64,000 nt of DNA, from positions 1,152,001-1,216,000 of the forward strand of contig OZ245056.1 in assembly GCA_965224705.1 (NCBI GenBank), read 5' to 3'. Source of the stretch: Spirochaetaceae bacterium. GTDB taxonomy: Bacteria; Spirochaetota; Spirochaetia; DSM-2461. Shown in pieces: positions 40,646 through 50,912 of the stretch. A program made the position numbers and the translations under genes. Under the pieces are notes generated by a model, which saw nothing but the letters and a program-made list of their open reading frames with translations, ran no database searches and was not told the origin of the DNA. Numbering within the stretch: position 1 is the stretch's first letter; each line of letters starts with the position of its first letter.

Positions 40646-40951
40646 TCAGGTACAATTTGATGCAGTCGTTTTTTCTTTAACATGCTTAATAATTTCGGCT
40701 TTATCAGCTTTTCCATTATCCATAATATTATCAATTTTGAAATATCGTCTCGCCAGTCCAATAAGGTATAAGCCAGTAATTATTAGAAAGAAGTATAGTA
40801 TTAACTGTATTTTACCATATGGATATTTTTCTGTTTCCCATCCCATATAAAAGAAAATGAATAATAGTAGTGATGATATAGCTGTTGTTATGAAACCTAC
40901 TAATGAGAAATATAAAGAGTACTCTATCTGAACAAAGGTTTTGAATTTCAT
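40646..40951 (-). CDS. Integron cassette 3: small two-TM hypothetical protein
   Basis: AAGGA SD, AT-rich, follows R' site GTTATAG at 40976-40982. Confidence 0.65.
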   Translation of the reverse strand: MKFKTFVQIEYSLYFSLVGFITTAISSLLLFIFFYMGWETEKYPYGKIQLILYFFLIITGLYLIGLARRYFKIDNIMDNGKADKAEIIKHVKEKTTASNCT

Positions 40952-40975
40952 TTAAGTTCCTTTAAATATTATTGC

Positions 40976-41143
40976 CTATAACGGCCCGCCGTTATCTGGC
41001 GTTGGTCCGCGCCCCTTGTGGGCTTGATCCAGCCTAATTTTTGGGAAAAGTGTATCACACTTTTCTCGGAATGGATCAAAGGACCAATGTGGCCGAAGGC
41101 CCGGAGGTGCGAAGCACCGGAGCAGATCAACGGCTGTTTTATG
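40976..41143 (-). other. attC-like recombination site
   Basis: Minus strand CATAAAAC-AGCCGTTGATCTG ... CAGATAACGGC-GGGCC-GTTATAG; imperfect long hairpin with an extrahelical base. Confidence 0.7.
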
Positions 41144-41176
41144 AACTTGACTTAGTAGAAGATCCTATCTCTATAG

Positions 41177-41959
41177 TTACTCTACAGGAATATATCCTGC
41201 TACTAATGTGACATCTTGACCGAAAGAGCCGCCAATATAGTTGGAAAATATCAGTATTCTGTTATGAGTAATTATTTCTTCAGTGATAGATTCATGCAGA
41301 AACAGATGGATAGTTATCTCATTCTGTATTGCGGTTATTCTTCTTTCATACTCGCTCGAAAAATCACCGAATTTTCTCAGTAATGCCCATTCCTTCATGT
41401 GATTGATTTCAGCCTCATCTGCAATAGTTAGACTATGCACATCTATGGTTACTATCGAAGATGACGGCCAGCCTGGCATGTATACATGGCTAGGTTCAGT
41501 CTCCTGGTGATTCAGAAAGAAAGCTATGTCTGGGAAAAGTAGCTTCGGAGAGTAACGTTGGATCATATCCAGGTCTTTACCATTGAACGTTATGACCGAT
41601 CCATCAGTAAAATGATATTCAAACTGAACCGGTACCTCTCCGTCGTATACCTCAACAAGCCCCAATATGCCCCATTTCTCGCCATACTCTTCGGAAAACT
41701 GAGAATCATGTTTCCAGATCTGTTTGCTTGAATTGTAATAATTTATCTGCCTTATTCTTCCGTATTCATTGATGTGTTCGTCTTTAAACACATATTCAGA
41801 TCTAACTAGTTCCGAGTCCTCGTAGAACCAGTCAATATATTCAAATGTGTCACCGTCTTTAGTCCCAGGTTCAAAAGTCTCTCGTTTAGTTGTCTCTTCT
41901 GTATGACCGAAGACAACCGATAAAAGGAGCATCAACATAGCAAACACATTTTTTTTCAT
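41177..41959 (-). CDS. Integron cassette 2: secreted hypothetical protein
   Basis: Signal peptide MKKNVFAMLMLLLSVVFG; lies between two attC-like sites. Confidence 0.7.
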   Translation of the reverse strand: MKKNVFAMLMLLLSVVFGHTEETTKRETFEPGTKDGDTFEYIDWFYEDSELVRSEYVFKDEHINEYGRIRQINYYNSSKQIWKHDSQFSEEYGEKWGILGLVEVYDGEVPVQFEYHFTDGSVITFNGKDLDMIQRYSPKLLFPDIAFFLNHQETEPSHVYMPGWPSSSIVTIDVHSLTIADEAEINHMKEWALLRKFGDFSSEYERRITAIQNEITIHLFLHESITEEIITHNRILIFSNYIGGSFGQDVTLVAGYIPVE

Positions 41960-42031
41960 AAAGTAGACAAATCTCCGATATTGATAGATTCTTTTTGGCT
42001 CTATGTCTTTAAGAGACAATCGATCAAGTTC

Positions 42032-42122
42032 ATTAAACGTTCCGACAATATGTGAAGTCTAGCACGAAGTGGTAGATTTGGCGAAGCCCGAAGCGAAGCG
42101 GAGCATATATTGTCTGTTATAG
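42032..42122 (-). other. attC-like recombination site
   Basis: Minus strand CTATAAC-AGACAATATATG ... CATATTGTC-GGAAC-GTTTAAT. Confidence 0.75.
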
Positions 42123-42138
42123 GATGTATTTGGAGTGG

Positions 42139-42570
42139 TTAGAAGATACTTCTTTGCCAGGTCCCCTCATTTATTTTTTGATTTGATACACCTTTTGAAA
42201 ATCCATTTTGATCAAAGTGTAACTCTATAATAGGATATTTTCCATAATAAGTGTCTTGTCCTGCTTCAAACCTTAAATAAAAATATGGAGCGTCACTAGC
42301 TGAAGCATAGGTACCATCCCATAGTAATGAAAGTGTATGGTAGTGAATTGATGAAATCCTCTTTATTATAGCATCGGGAACTGTTATTAGTTTATGGGGT
42401 AAAGATATTAAAATAGACTGGATTTCATTCTGACTAAAGGATATTTTTATTTCCTCTCCTGTAGAGTATGAAATCGTAATATCCCTTGGATCTTCAAATC
42501 TATCCTTATGCGCACGTACAGGACTGATTATCAGAACAAAGAAAATCAAAAAATAAAGATTTCTATTCAA
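42139..42570 (-). CDS. Integron cassette 1: secreted hypothetical protein
   Basis: GGAGG SD + TTG, signal peptide; its 5' GTTATAGG is complementary to its 3' CCTATAAC. Confidence 0.7.
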   Translation of the reverse strand: MNRNLYFLIFFVLIISPVRAHKDRFEDPRDITISYSTGEEIKISFSQNEIQSILISLPHKLITVPDAIIKRISSIHYHTLSLLWDGTYASASDAPYFYLRFEAGQDTYYGKYPIIELHFDQNGFSKGVSNQKINEGTWQRSIF

Positions 42571-42593
42571 TAGAGATATCCCTCCAAATATTT

Positions 42594-42762
42594 CCTATAA
42601 CTAAATCTTATCTCCACGAATTTCATACACTTAACCCCTCGTCCTGAGGCTGATCAGCAACACTTCTACAACCGAAGAACCAGAGGCTCCGCTGCTTGCT
42701 TCTCGAAATTCCTCTAGCGTTTAACACATGTCCAGGATACCACAAAACATAACCCGTGTCAA
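42594..42762 (-). promoter_or_regulatory. attI-like core site (GTTATAGG, 42594-42601) and Pc-like promoter (42734-42762)
   Basis: TTGACA-17 nt-TATCCT with extended TG, pointing into the cassettes. Confidence 0.6.
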
Positions 42763-43058
42763 ACCCCCATCAGTGAATGGGACGTTCATCATTGCAATCC
42801 GTAAGACACACCTCGTCATACTTAATCGCCCACCAAAACCGCTCCATATACACCTTACCTATGGCCCGGCCTTTACCGCTCCCATGCTTAAGATTTTTTC
42901 TTAAAGTTGCCCTGGAACTCTTTGATCGGCGTTGAAAATTTCAGGAAACCCGTTAAGACATAAGTCTCTCTGTACTACGCCGATGCAGAACGATTTAACC
43001 AGCGAAGAGGAAAGTTATCAGAAAAGGAGTTTGCGGGAGTACCTGTCAATGACCATCG

Positions 43059-43116
43059 CTAGGAGTCTGTCGGACTTACGCTTCACACCTCAAAGTCTCA
43101 GCGCCCGACAGATTCC
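43059..43116. mobile_element. Internally deleted MITE family A
   Basis: CTAGGAGTCTGTCGGACTTACG ... CCGACAGATTCC. Confidence 0.6.
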
Positions 43117-43590
43117 CCCACCCTTCTGCGCCGTTCAAACCCTACAATGCCAATCGACAATCCTGCCGCAATCCATAGCAGCCATGGCGTGTCCAGCGGA
43201 AACAGGGAGGCCGCAGCGGCACTCAGCATGTAGCCAAATGGGACAACGGCAACGGCTGCGGATTCAAGCAGGCCCTGCCTGCCTGCCGCCCTTTCTTCGT
43301 TCCCTTTCCAGTAGACAAGATGAACCGTAACAAGATGAATCCAGCCCTGGCAGGCACCGGCGACGACGAGGAACAAAAGGAGCATGGACAGAGAGGGCAG
43401 CCTGCCGCTGTCAAACCGGATTGCTCCTGCGGCAATGCAGACAGCGGCGAATACAAGGGCGGCAGCTTGTGTTGATCTGTTCCCAACCCTAACGGCCAGT
43501 CCGCTCAGACCCAGAACCATACCGGAAAGAATACTTCCTCCCAGAAGAGCGGCAAGGCCATAACCGATAAACTGTGCGCTTAGACCCAGG
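43115..43590 (-). pseudogene. Duplicated 3' end of the MFS transporter gene (direct repeat of 61111-61586)
   Basis: 476-bp near-identical repeat at offset 17996. Confidence 0.92.
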
Positions 43591-43812
43591 TCTAATGATC
43601 ATGAACGATTGCGCGATGATCCACTGCTTCAATATATATGCGGGCGGGATGATAAAACCCCAACTGCCAGGAAGAGCACCCTGAACAGATTGGAACTCGG
43701 TCATGAACTGGATGAGAAACTCAAGACCCGGTACGGCAAAATCACCTGGGATGCCAGGGGGATTGAAGAGTTTCTCTGTCAACTGTTTCCTGACAGTTTC
43801 GGGGAGCCATGA
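43591..43812 (+). pseudogene. IS1380-family transposase fragment
   Basis: NDHERLRDDPLL...KSTLNRLE motif. Confidence 0.7.
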
Positions 43813-43884
43813 AACTTATGGACCGGTTGAGGGAATATATTCCTTCCAAGTACAGATTACTCACTAAAGAATGATTTGAAACTA

Positions 43885-43913
43885 TTGACAGCGTGTATCC
43901 ATTTAGATACATT
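43885..43913 (+). promoter_or_regulatory. TA promoter with palindromic operator
   Basis: TTGACA-17 nt-TACATT overlapping TGTATC-N6-GATACA. Confidence 0.6.
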
Positions 43914-43918
43914 TTAAC

Positions 43919-44014
43919 ATGTTTCTTGTTGAAAAGCCTCCACAATTTGATAAATGGCTGAGAAATCTTAAAGATACAAAAACCAAAGATATTCTGGATT
44001 CACTGGAGATCTAA
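43919..44014 (+). pseudogene. Internally deleted RelE/HigB-like addiction-module toxin
   Basis: MFLVEKPPQFDKWLRNLKDTKTK|DILDSLEI*, only 31 aa. Confidence 0.7.
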
Positions 44015-44016
44015 GT

Positions 44017-44313
44017 ATGAATGAAATAACACGTTTTGATGTATCAGACTATCTGGACAATGATGAACTGATTGCCGAGTACCTGAGCAATATCCTTGAA
44101 GAAGGAGACACGGGCCTGCTGCTGGAAGCTATTGGTGATGTGGCAAAAGCCCGGGGCATGACGAAAATAGCCGAAAGTGCCGGACTGGGAAGGGAAAGCC
44201 TGTATAAAGCCTTTTCCAAAGACGCGAAACCCCGGTTTGAAACGATATTTAAAGTCTTGCAATCTCTGGGAATTACGATTCATTTTCAGACTAAGAGTAA
44301 GGCGGTTGTGTAA
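44017..44313 (+). CDS. Addiction-module antidote protein (HigA-like HTH)
   Basis: FDVSDYLD..AIGDVAKARGMTKIAESAGLGRESLYKA..PRFETI. Confidence 0.9.
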   Translation: MNEITRFDVSDYLDNDELIAEYLSNILEEGDTGLLLEAIGDVAKARGMTKIAESAGLGRESLYKAFSKDAKPRFETIFKVLQSLGITIHFQTKSKAVV

Positions 44314-44415
44314 ATCTGACAGCTCCGACCCTTTTACCCCTGGAGATTCGTGTATTGAGAAAGTACTTGAATAGTATATAATTGCAATGCGTATTAATCA
44401 GTTAGGAGAGACTGT

Positions 44416-45780
44416 ATGCTGGAAGTAAAAACAGATAAAGAAAGAATCTCGTTAACCCCCGTCAGACGGGATAAGGAAGAAAACTCATTAACCTTCGACC
44501 TCCAGGATAGCAGTAACAAAATATGGATGACAGTAGAACGCGCTGATAATCAGTTAATAATAAAAGAAAAAGATGAGGATATAATAGAATCCAAGCAGTC
44601 CCTTGAAGTCAAGCTGAACAACCTTTTTCTTTCCATGATTGAAGCTGAACAATCAGGAACTGAATTGACAGAAACCGAGGATGAAAACAACAATCCCTTT
44701 GATCCGGAATCTATAAATGTTAATGCTAAAGCATTCAACCTTACTCTTATTTATGAAATGATAAAAGATGGTGATATTGATTTGTTCCCCGATTTTCAGC
44801 GAAATCTGGTTTGGAACAGCATTCAAAAATCCAGGCTTATTGAATCAATTCTTCTCCGTATCCCCCTTCCCATGTTCTATTTTTCTGAAGATATGGAAGG
44901 ACGCATTACAATTATTGATGGCTTACAGCGATTAACAACTATTAAAGACTTTATGGATAACCAATTCCCACTGACCAAGCTTGAGTACCTTCAAGAGACC
45001 TGTGGAGGGCGTTATTTTTTCGATGATGGTAAGAAAAAAGGAATAGACGCAAAATACCTTAGATGGTTCAAACAGACTCAGTTTTCAGTGAATGTCATTG
45101 CCCCATCCTCTCCTTACAATGTGAAATATGATATTTTCAGGCGTATCAATACGGGAGGCAAACCTTTAAACAACAAGGAAATCAGGAATTGCCTTGCAAG
45201 CTCTGATCTTCGAAATCTTCTTAAAGAAATGGCTCAAAGCGAATCATTTTTATCTGCTACTGACAATGGGATTAAATCTGTCAGAATGGAAGACCAGGAC
45301 GTGGCACTCAGGTTTCTTCTGTTCTATAGACTAAAAGAGAAGAATGGTGATATTCAGCAATACGATGGCAGTATGAATTCCTCCCTGGATGCTTTGACAG
45401 AAGAGATGCGAAGAATAAGTAAAGAGGAGAAAGAAAAATACTTGAACTTGTACACAAGCGCAATGATGAATTCAGAGTATCTTTTTGGGAGCAAGTACGC
45501 ATTCAGAAAAATTAAGAAACATAACTTACAACCTAATGCGAGAAGACTTCTGATAAACAAAGCTCTTTTTGTTTGCTGGTCTATTCTACTCGCAGATTAC
45601 AGTCCAGAAAGGGTGAAACAGTGCAATCAGCCGAAAGCTCTTGTACGGCCTCTTGCTGAGAAAATAGAAGAAGATGAAGAATTGCATTACTACTTATCTT
45701 ATGGCACAAACGGGAGAGCCAACCTTCTCCACACACTGAAATACTGTGAACAGATTATTAAAGACAACCTGGAGGTATAG
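44416..45780 (+). CDS. DUF262 (ParB-like) protein, Menshen NsnA-like
   Basis: PDFQRNLVW, SRLIESILLRIPLP, IIDGLQRLTT, IFRRINTGG. Confidence 0.88.
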   Translation: MLEVKTDKERISLTPVRRDKEENSLTFDLQDSSNKIWMTVERADNQLIIKEKDEDIIESKQSLEVKLNNLFLSMIEAEQSGTELTETEDENNNPFDPESINVNAKAFNLTLIYEMIKDGDIDLFPDFQRNLVWNSIQKSRLIESILLRIPLPMFYFSEDMEGRITIIDGLQRLTTIKDFMDNQFPLTKLEYLQETCGGRYFFDDGKKKGIDAKYLRWFKQTQFSVNVIAPSSPYNVKYDIFRRINTGGKPLNNKEIRNCLASSDLRNLLKEMAQSESFLSATDNGIKSVRMEDQDVALRFLLFYRLKEKNGDIQQYDGSMNSSLDALTEEMRRISKEEKEKYLNLYTSAMMNSEYLFGSKYAFRKIKKHNLQPNARRLLINKALFVCWSILLADYSPERVKQCNQPKALVRPLAEKIEEDEELHYYLSYGTNGRANLLHTLKYCEQIIKDNLEV

Positions 45781-46926
45781 ATGGAACAGTTAAATATCAA
45801 AAATTTTAAATGCTTTAATGATATTGCAATTGACTTGAATAAGCTGACAGTACTTGCGGGAGCCAACAGCCGGGGAAAAAGCACCTCAATTCAGGCTTTT
45901 CTTTTCCTGCGTAGAACAATAGAACATTGCGGTGAGTGGAATAAAGACTCAATGTGTTACTGCCTGTCAAATCAGCATTTTAACAATTTAAATGTAGAGC
46001 TGAATAAAAACTACTGCCTCTCTCTTGGAACAAGTTCTTCAATAATCCCCTTTGATTCTTCCTCTGCGGGAATTGAAATTGGTATTAAAGATAAAAGCGG
46101 AACATTCAGCATTTATTATGATGCAGGAGAACAGGATTCACTCTATCTCACGCCAGAAAAGATTAAAAACATGAGTTCTGATAATACCATGTCAATATTC
46201 AAGCAGCAGTTCTATTATCTTAACGCTGAAAGAATCGGTCCACGTATGCAGCAGGAAATTAGGTTCTATGACTACCCCAACACAGGGTATCAGGGAGAAT
46301 ATACAGCCCAACTCCTAGGAGATACGGAACTTACCTACCGATTTAATGTTGATGAGCAGCGGATGTCACCTGATTCCAGATCAGCAAAACTGGAGCAGCA
46401 AGTCAATGCCTGGATGGACTATATTTTCCCCGGTACATCTATTTATGCGGAATATAATCCAAAAACTCTTACAGCTCAAATTATGATAGGCGAGAACTCG
46501 GAAAGGACTCAGGCCCCCAATATGGGATTTGGTATCAGCTATGTGCTTCCCATCATTGCCAGCGGCTTGATTGCTCAAAAAGATGCATACATGGTTATAG
46601 AAAACCCGGAAGCCCATCTTCACCCATCAGCTCAGTCCAGAATAGGAAGCTTCCTTGCGATAGTTGCCAATTCCGGAGTCAAAGTCATAATTGAAACGCA
46701 TAGTGATCATGTCCTGAATGGTTTCCAGCTTGCAGTGTTGAAGAAACAGATTGCCTCAAAAGATATAACCATAAACTATTTTTCCGATAGAGAGTCTGAT
46801 CGTCAGCCCCATGTAGAACCTATTGCAATCAGTGAAACGGGGGAGCTGTCCAGTTGGCCGAAAGGGTTTTTCGATCAAAGCCAGCGAGATATGGCCGAAT
46901 TATTCAGGCTGCGGAAAAATGTGTAA
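45781..46926 (+). CDS. AAA/ABC-type ATPase with DUF3696-like C-terminus, Menshen NsnB-like
   Basis: NFKCF, GANSRGKS, YLNAER, GFGISY.LP, IENPEAHLHPSAQ, IETHSDH, WPKGFFDQ. Confidence 0.88.
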   Translation: MEQLNIKNFKCFNDIAIDLNKLTVLAGANSRGKSTSIQAFLFLRRTIEHCGEWNKDSMCYCLSNQHFNNLNVELNKNYCLSLGTSSSIIPFDSSSAGIEIGIKDKSGTFSIYYDAGEQDSLYLTPEKIKNMSSDNTMSIFKQQFYYLNAERIGPRMQQEIRFYDYPNTGYQGEYTAQLLGDTELTYRFNVDEQRMSPDSRSAKLEQQVNAWMDYIFPGTSIYAEYNPKTLTAQIMIGENSERTQAPNMGFGISYVLPIIASGLIAQKDAYMVIENPEAHLHPSAQSRIGSFLAIVANSGVKVIIETHSDHVLNGFQLAVLKKQIASKDITINYFSDRESDRQPHVEPIAISETGELSSWPKGFFDQSQRDMAELFRLRKNV

Positions 46927-47698
46927 GTTCTTTCTACTTAACGAAGCAGTTGATCTCCCCGAATTTGATGATTTTTTATGTGGAATGATGGAACTGAATG
47001 CCATTGAAAGAGATGGATATGGATTCTACAAACATGATTCAATCTATAGCATTGATAACTATTCAAGGCTATTTGAGAATTATTCTCAAGATACACAGCT
47101 TGTCAGTCTGTTTATTGAGCAACTAATTCATTGTGATACTTATCTGAAGGATGAACAAACAGCAGATGAATTTTGGAAAACTGATAATGCGTTTCTTGGT
47201 ATTGATTTTTCAAAAACAAGTATTTCTGAGCACAAGCAAGTAACAGATAATGATAGTTTTCATGACTTTATTTCTACTCTTCTCTTTAACTGTGATTTCA
47301 GGGGTTTCTGGAAGAGGAAAAAAGAATTACTCCCGGATCTGATTTTCTGTGATTCCGTCAAGCAAAGTATCCAGAAGGCCGGAAATTCTTCTCATTTCAA
47401 TCAGATTTTAACGAAACTCAAAATCTTAAATGATATTGCCCGAAACTGGCAGAAAGGGAAATTCAGTTATCATAGAGCCAATCAGAACCACGGCATAAAT
47501 ATTTCACCAGAAACTCCTAATACCATGGCTAAATATGGAACTCAAAGAACCTTCCAATTGCCGGAAGGCGGTAGTCAGGAATTTAACTTGCATGTCAAGA
47601 CTGGTGGTTTAAGATTTCATTTTTACCCGAATGAACAGAACAGAAAAATCTATATTGGGTACATTGGACCTCATTTGAGGACAGTGAAGTATAAATAG
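46919..47698 (+). CDS. Putative effector, Menshen NsnC-like (RelE-like C-terminus)
   Basis: Overlaps the ATPase stop; C-terminal HVK...RFHF......IYIGYIGPHL. Confidence 0.7.
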   Translation: MCKFFLLNEAVDLPEFDDFLCGMMELNAIERDGYGFYKHDSIYSIDNYSRLFENYSQDTQLVSLFIEQLIHCDTYLKDEQTADEFWKTDNAFLGIDFSKTSISEHKQVTDNDSFHDFISTLLFNCDFRGFWKRKKELLPDLIFCDSVKQSIQKAGNSSHFNQILTKLKILNDIARNWQKGKFSYHRANQNHGINISPETPNTMAKYGTQRTFQLPEGGSQEFNLHVKTGGLRFHFYPNEQNRKIYIGYIGPHLRTVKYK

Positions 47699-47712
47699 TA
47701 AGGAAGAGAAGA

Positions 47713-48009
47713 ATGCCCAAACCCCGCTTAGAACTCACCTGGATAGGCAAGGAAAACCGCCCCAGCCTGGAACCAAGAATCCTGATAGAAGATTCAGAAA
47801 AATCCAGAGGCAGCCGAAAATCCCCAAACATGCTGATCCACGGCGACAACCTTCTGGCCCTCAAAGCCCTGGAATATTGCAGGCAAGCCACAGAATACAA
47901 CGCCCGGCACAATGAAAAGCCCTGGCGCTACGCCATCATTCCCGGAAACAAGGTCTCCCCTCAAATGAGTTTTGAGGGACTGGTTAAGCAGTTTGGGGAG
48001 GAGGAATGA
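47713..48009 (+). pseudogene. In-frame fusion scar of type III R-M Mod N-terminus and probable Res C-terminus
   Basis: KPRLELTWIGK..LEPRILIED..NMLIHGDNLLALKALE joined to YC..ATEYN....KPWRYAIIP. Confidence 0.75.
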
Positions 48010-49172
48010 TGGAATACATACCTTGCGAAGAATTAGCAAAAGAGTTCGAGGAGCATCTGAGTAAAGAGGACAACCAAAATATTTTATTCTCTGGTAAATT
48101 CGGTTCCGGTAAAACAATTTTTTTAAAAAGATACTTTGATGACCATAATGATAAATATGAAACAATCCATCTCTATCCTGTCAACTACAGCATTTCATCC
48201 AATGAAGATATTTTCAAATTGGTTACAGCAGATATTGCCGGAGAACTGCTCTCCAGGGAGTTTATTAGTACCAATAAAAAATTTCAAGAATCTTTAAAAA
48301 GTGTAATTAAATCAGAAAAATTCTGGGATTTCCTTGAAGCCCTGCCCAAAGTGGGCAAAGTTATAGAGATCGGAAATACAGTCAAAGACATACTGGCAGA
48401 TATTAAGAAGCCGGAAAGCGACATTGACAAAGTCAAAACCTATCTGGATACTATTTCCAGTAATGATCCAGTAAAAGAAATAATTACTCAAGCCCTCAGT
48501 AGTATTTGTAACAAAAAAAAGATTTTAGTTATTGACGATCTGGACAGAATAGATCCAGAGCATCTTTTCAGAATTCTCAATGTTTTAACCGCATACTGCG
48601 ATAGTAATATCGGACTAGGCTTTGACAAAATAATCCTTGTTTGTGATATTGAGAATGTCAGAACGATTTTTCATCATCGTTATGGTCCGGAAGCTGATTT
48701 TTATGGGTACATATCCAAGTTTTACAGCAAGGGATTTTTTAGATTTTCTCTTGTTGATCGGATTATAGGCCCTATTAGACAGGTCATTGTGAACTGTCTC
48801 TCCAATGTGTTAGGTCCCGGCTACAACATTAACTCCCTTTTAGACTTCCCTGACTTTATATTCCAGCCGGGGATTGTATCCATGCTTGACATACATTTAT
48901 TCACCCAAAATGACTTGTCATATATCTTGCATACAAGACTTGAACCATTTTATAACGATAATGTAGCAGTTGACAAATTTATTGTCATAAATGCAGCTTA
49001 TATCTATGCTTTATTTCAATACGACAAAGGTAAGGCATTCTTAGCTATCGAGGAATACGGTCAATCCTCAAAATCAAGATTACCACGCGAGTCATCAGTA
49101 ATCTTTGACCGGTTACTGATTGGCCATGCTCTTGGCCGCTTGGTACAGGATCGACGCGCTGTGCCAAAGTAG
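48006..49172 (+). pseudogene. KAP-family P-loop NTPase copy 1, C-terminally truncated by an IS
   Basis: SGKFGSGKT, LVIDDLDRI; similarity to copy 2 ends at 49154 where the IS begins. Confidence 0.82.
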
Positions 49173-50770
49173 TTGTCACACAAGTTAAGTCAACTTAGGA
49201 GGTGACAACATGCAACGCTACAGTGTTCAATTCAGGAATACTATCTTGCAAAAGATGATCGGCCCGGAGAAACGGAAGGCCGCTGATCTCTCAGAGGAAT
49301 TCGGGGTTTCTGCAGCCACAATCTATGGGTGGAAATCAAAGCTAAAAGACGGTACCCTTTTAGTTATGGGAAATGAATCAACGAGTCATGAGAGAATACC
49401 GTCGGAGAAGCTAATGCTTCTACTCGAGTCAAAGGGAATTAGTGGAGCAGAAATGGGTGAATGGCTTCGCCGAAATGGTCTGCACTCTGAACATCTTGAG
49501 CTATGGGAACAAGAGCTCCGGGCCCTTGTTGATCAGAAAGGTGGGGATAAGTCCCGGGAGATGAGGGAGATTCGCAAGGAGCTGAAAAAGAGGGATAAAG
49601 AGCTTAGCCGTAAGGACAAGGCTCTTGCGGAGATGTCAACAATCATAGCACTTCAAAAAAAACATCTCTTCTGTTTCAGGAGGCCGAGGACGAGTGACTC
49701 ATCGTAGTGTGAAGAAACAGATTGTTTCTGATATCAAGGAGGCTGTGGCTTTAGGGGCTCCAATCTACAAATGCTGTGATGCTCTGGGAATTCAAACAAG
49801 GACGTACTACCGGTGGACTCAATGCACCGATGATAAGCGCGCAGGGAAGGCAAGGGGAAATCCCAGAGCCCTAAGCGAACAGGAAAAGGATGCGATCATT
49901 GCTGTGTGCTGCTCGGAAAGGTTTGTGGATACCAATCCTTATGAAATTGTTGCTGCTCTTGCTGAAGAAGCCACTTCCCTTGCAAGTCCCAGAATATTCT
50001 ATCGAGTGTTGAAGGAACGGGGGACTCCTCTCTCACAGGCGGAACTCAAAGCCGCCTGGAAAGTCCTACAGACCACCGAAACTTAAAGCGACCGGCCCGG
50101 ATCAAGTGTGTTTCTGGATATTACATGGATGCCCTCTCAGGTGAATGGTCTATTCTGGTATGCCTATATTGTCATTGACGTTTGGAGCCGTGAGATTATT
50201 GGCTGGACCATCCATGATTCTGAGTCGGAAAAATATGCCAGAGAGTTATTCCTTAGAATTAAAGCGAAACGGGACCTCAAGGGAACCTGGCTCCATGCGG
50301 ATAATGGGAATCCCATGTGGGGAGCGGCCTTTGCCGTTACTCTGGCAAACATGGGTATGTTCCTTTCGCATTCCTGTCCTTTGGTGAAAAATGACAATCC
50401 ATTCATAGAGTCATTCTTCAAGACTCTGAAATACCATGCTGGTTATCCGCAGGGCTTTGCCGCTATTGATGAGGCCAGGAGTTGGACGACATATTTCATC
50501 AACTGGTAGAACACAATTCATAGGCATTCGGGAATAGGCTATGTAACACCGCTACAGCGGCGAACAGGTGCATCATCCAATCTATTCTATTCGCCAAAAA
50601 GGAACCGGACACTTCAGGAGGCATGGAAGAAGCACCCTGAACGTTTCCCGAAAAGGAGTCCTCGAATGTGGAGAGAGCGTATGGTTGTCTACCTGAATCC
50701 TGCACGGGGAACCAGAAAGTTTTTATATAAAAAAGCAGGATGATTGTGACAACTTACTTGACACTAAGCG
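49155..50770 (+). mobile_element. Degenerate IS3-family element (orfA 49210-49707, frameshifted orfB ~49694-50740)
   Basis: 26-bp imperfect TIRs (19/26) ending AGTTGTCACA; HTH orfA with A8 slippery run; DIT, HADNG, DNPFIESFFKTLK DDE motifs broken by frameshifts and stops. Confidence 0.85.
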
Positions 50771-50912
50771 ACATGAAGTCCAAAGGAAATCATACAGATG
50801 CTATTTTTTTAAAACCATTTTTAGAAACTCCAAGTTTTATTGTTTCAGGGATATTATATGCTTCTTTAGGAAAATGATAGACCAGAAAATCGTAAAAACG
50901 GTTTTTGTGGTA

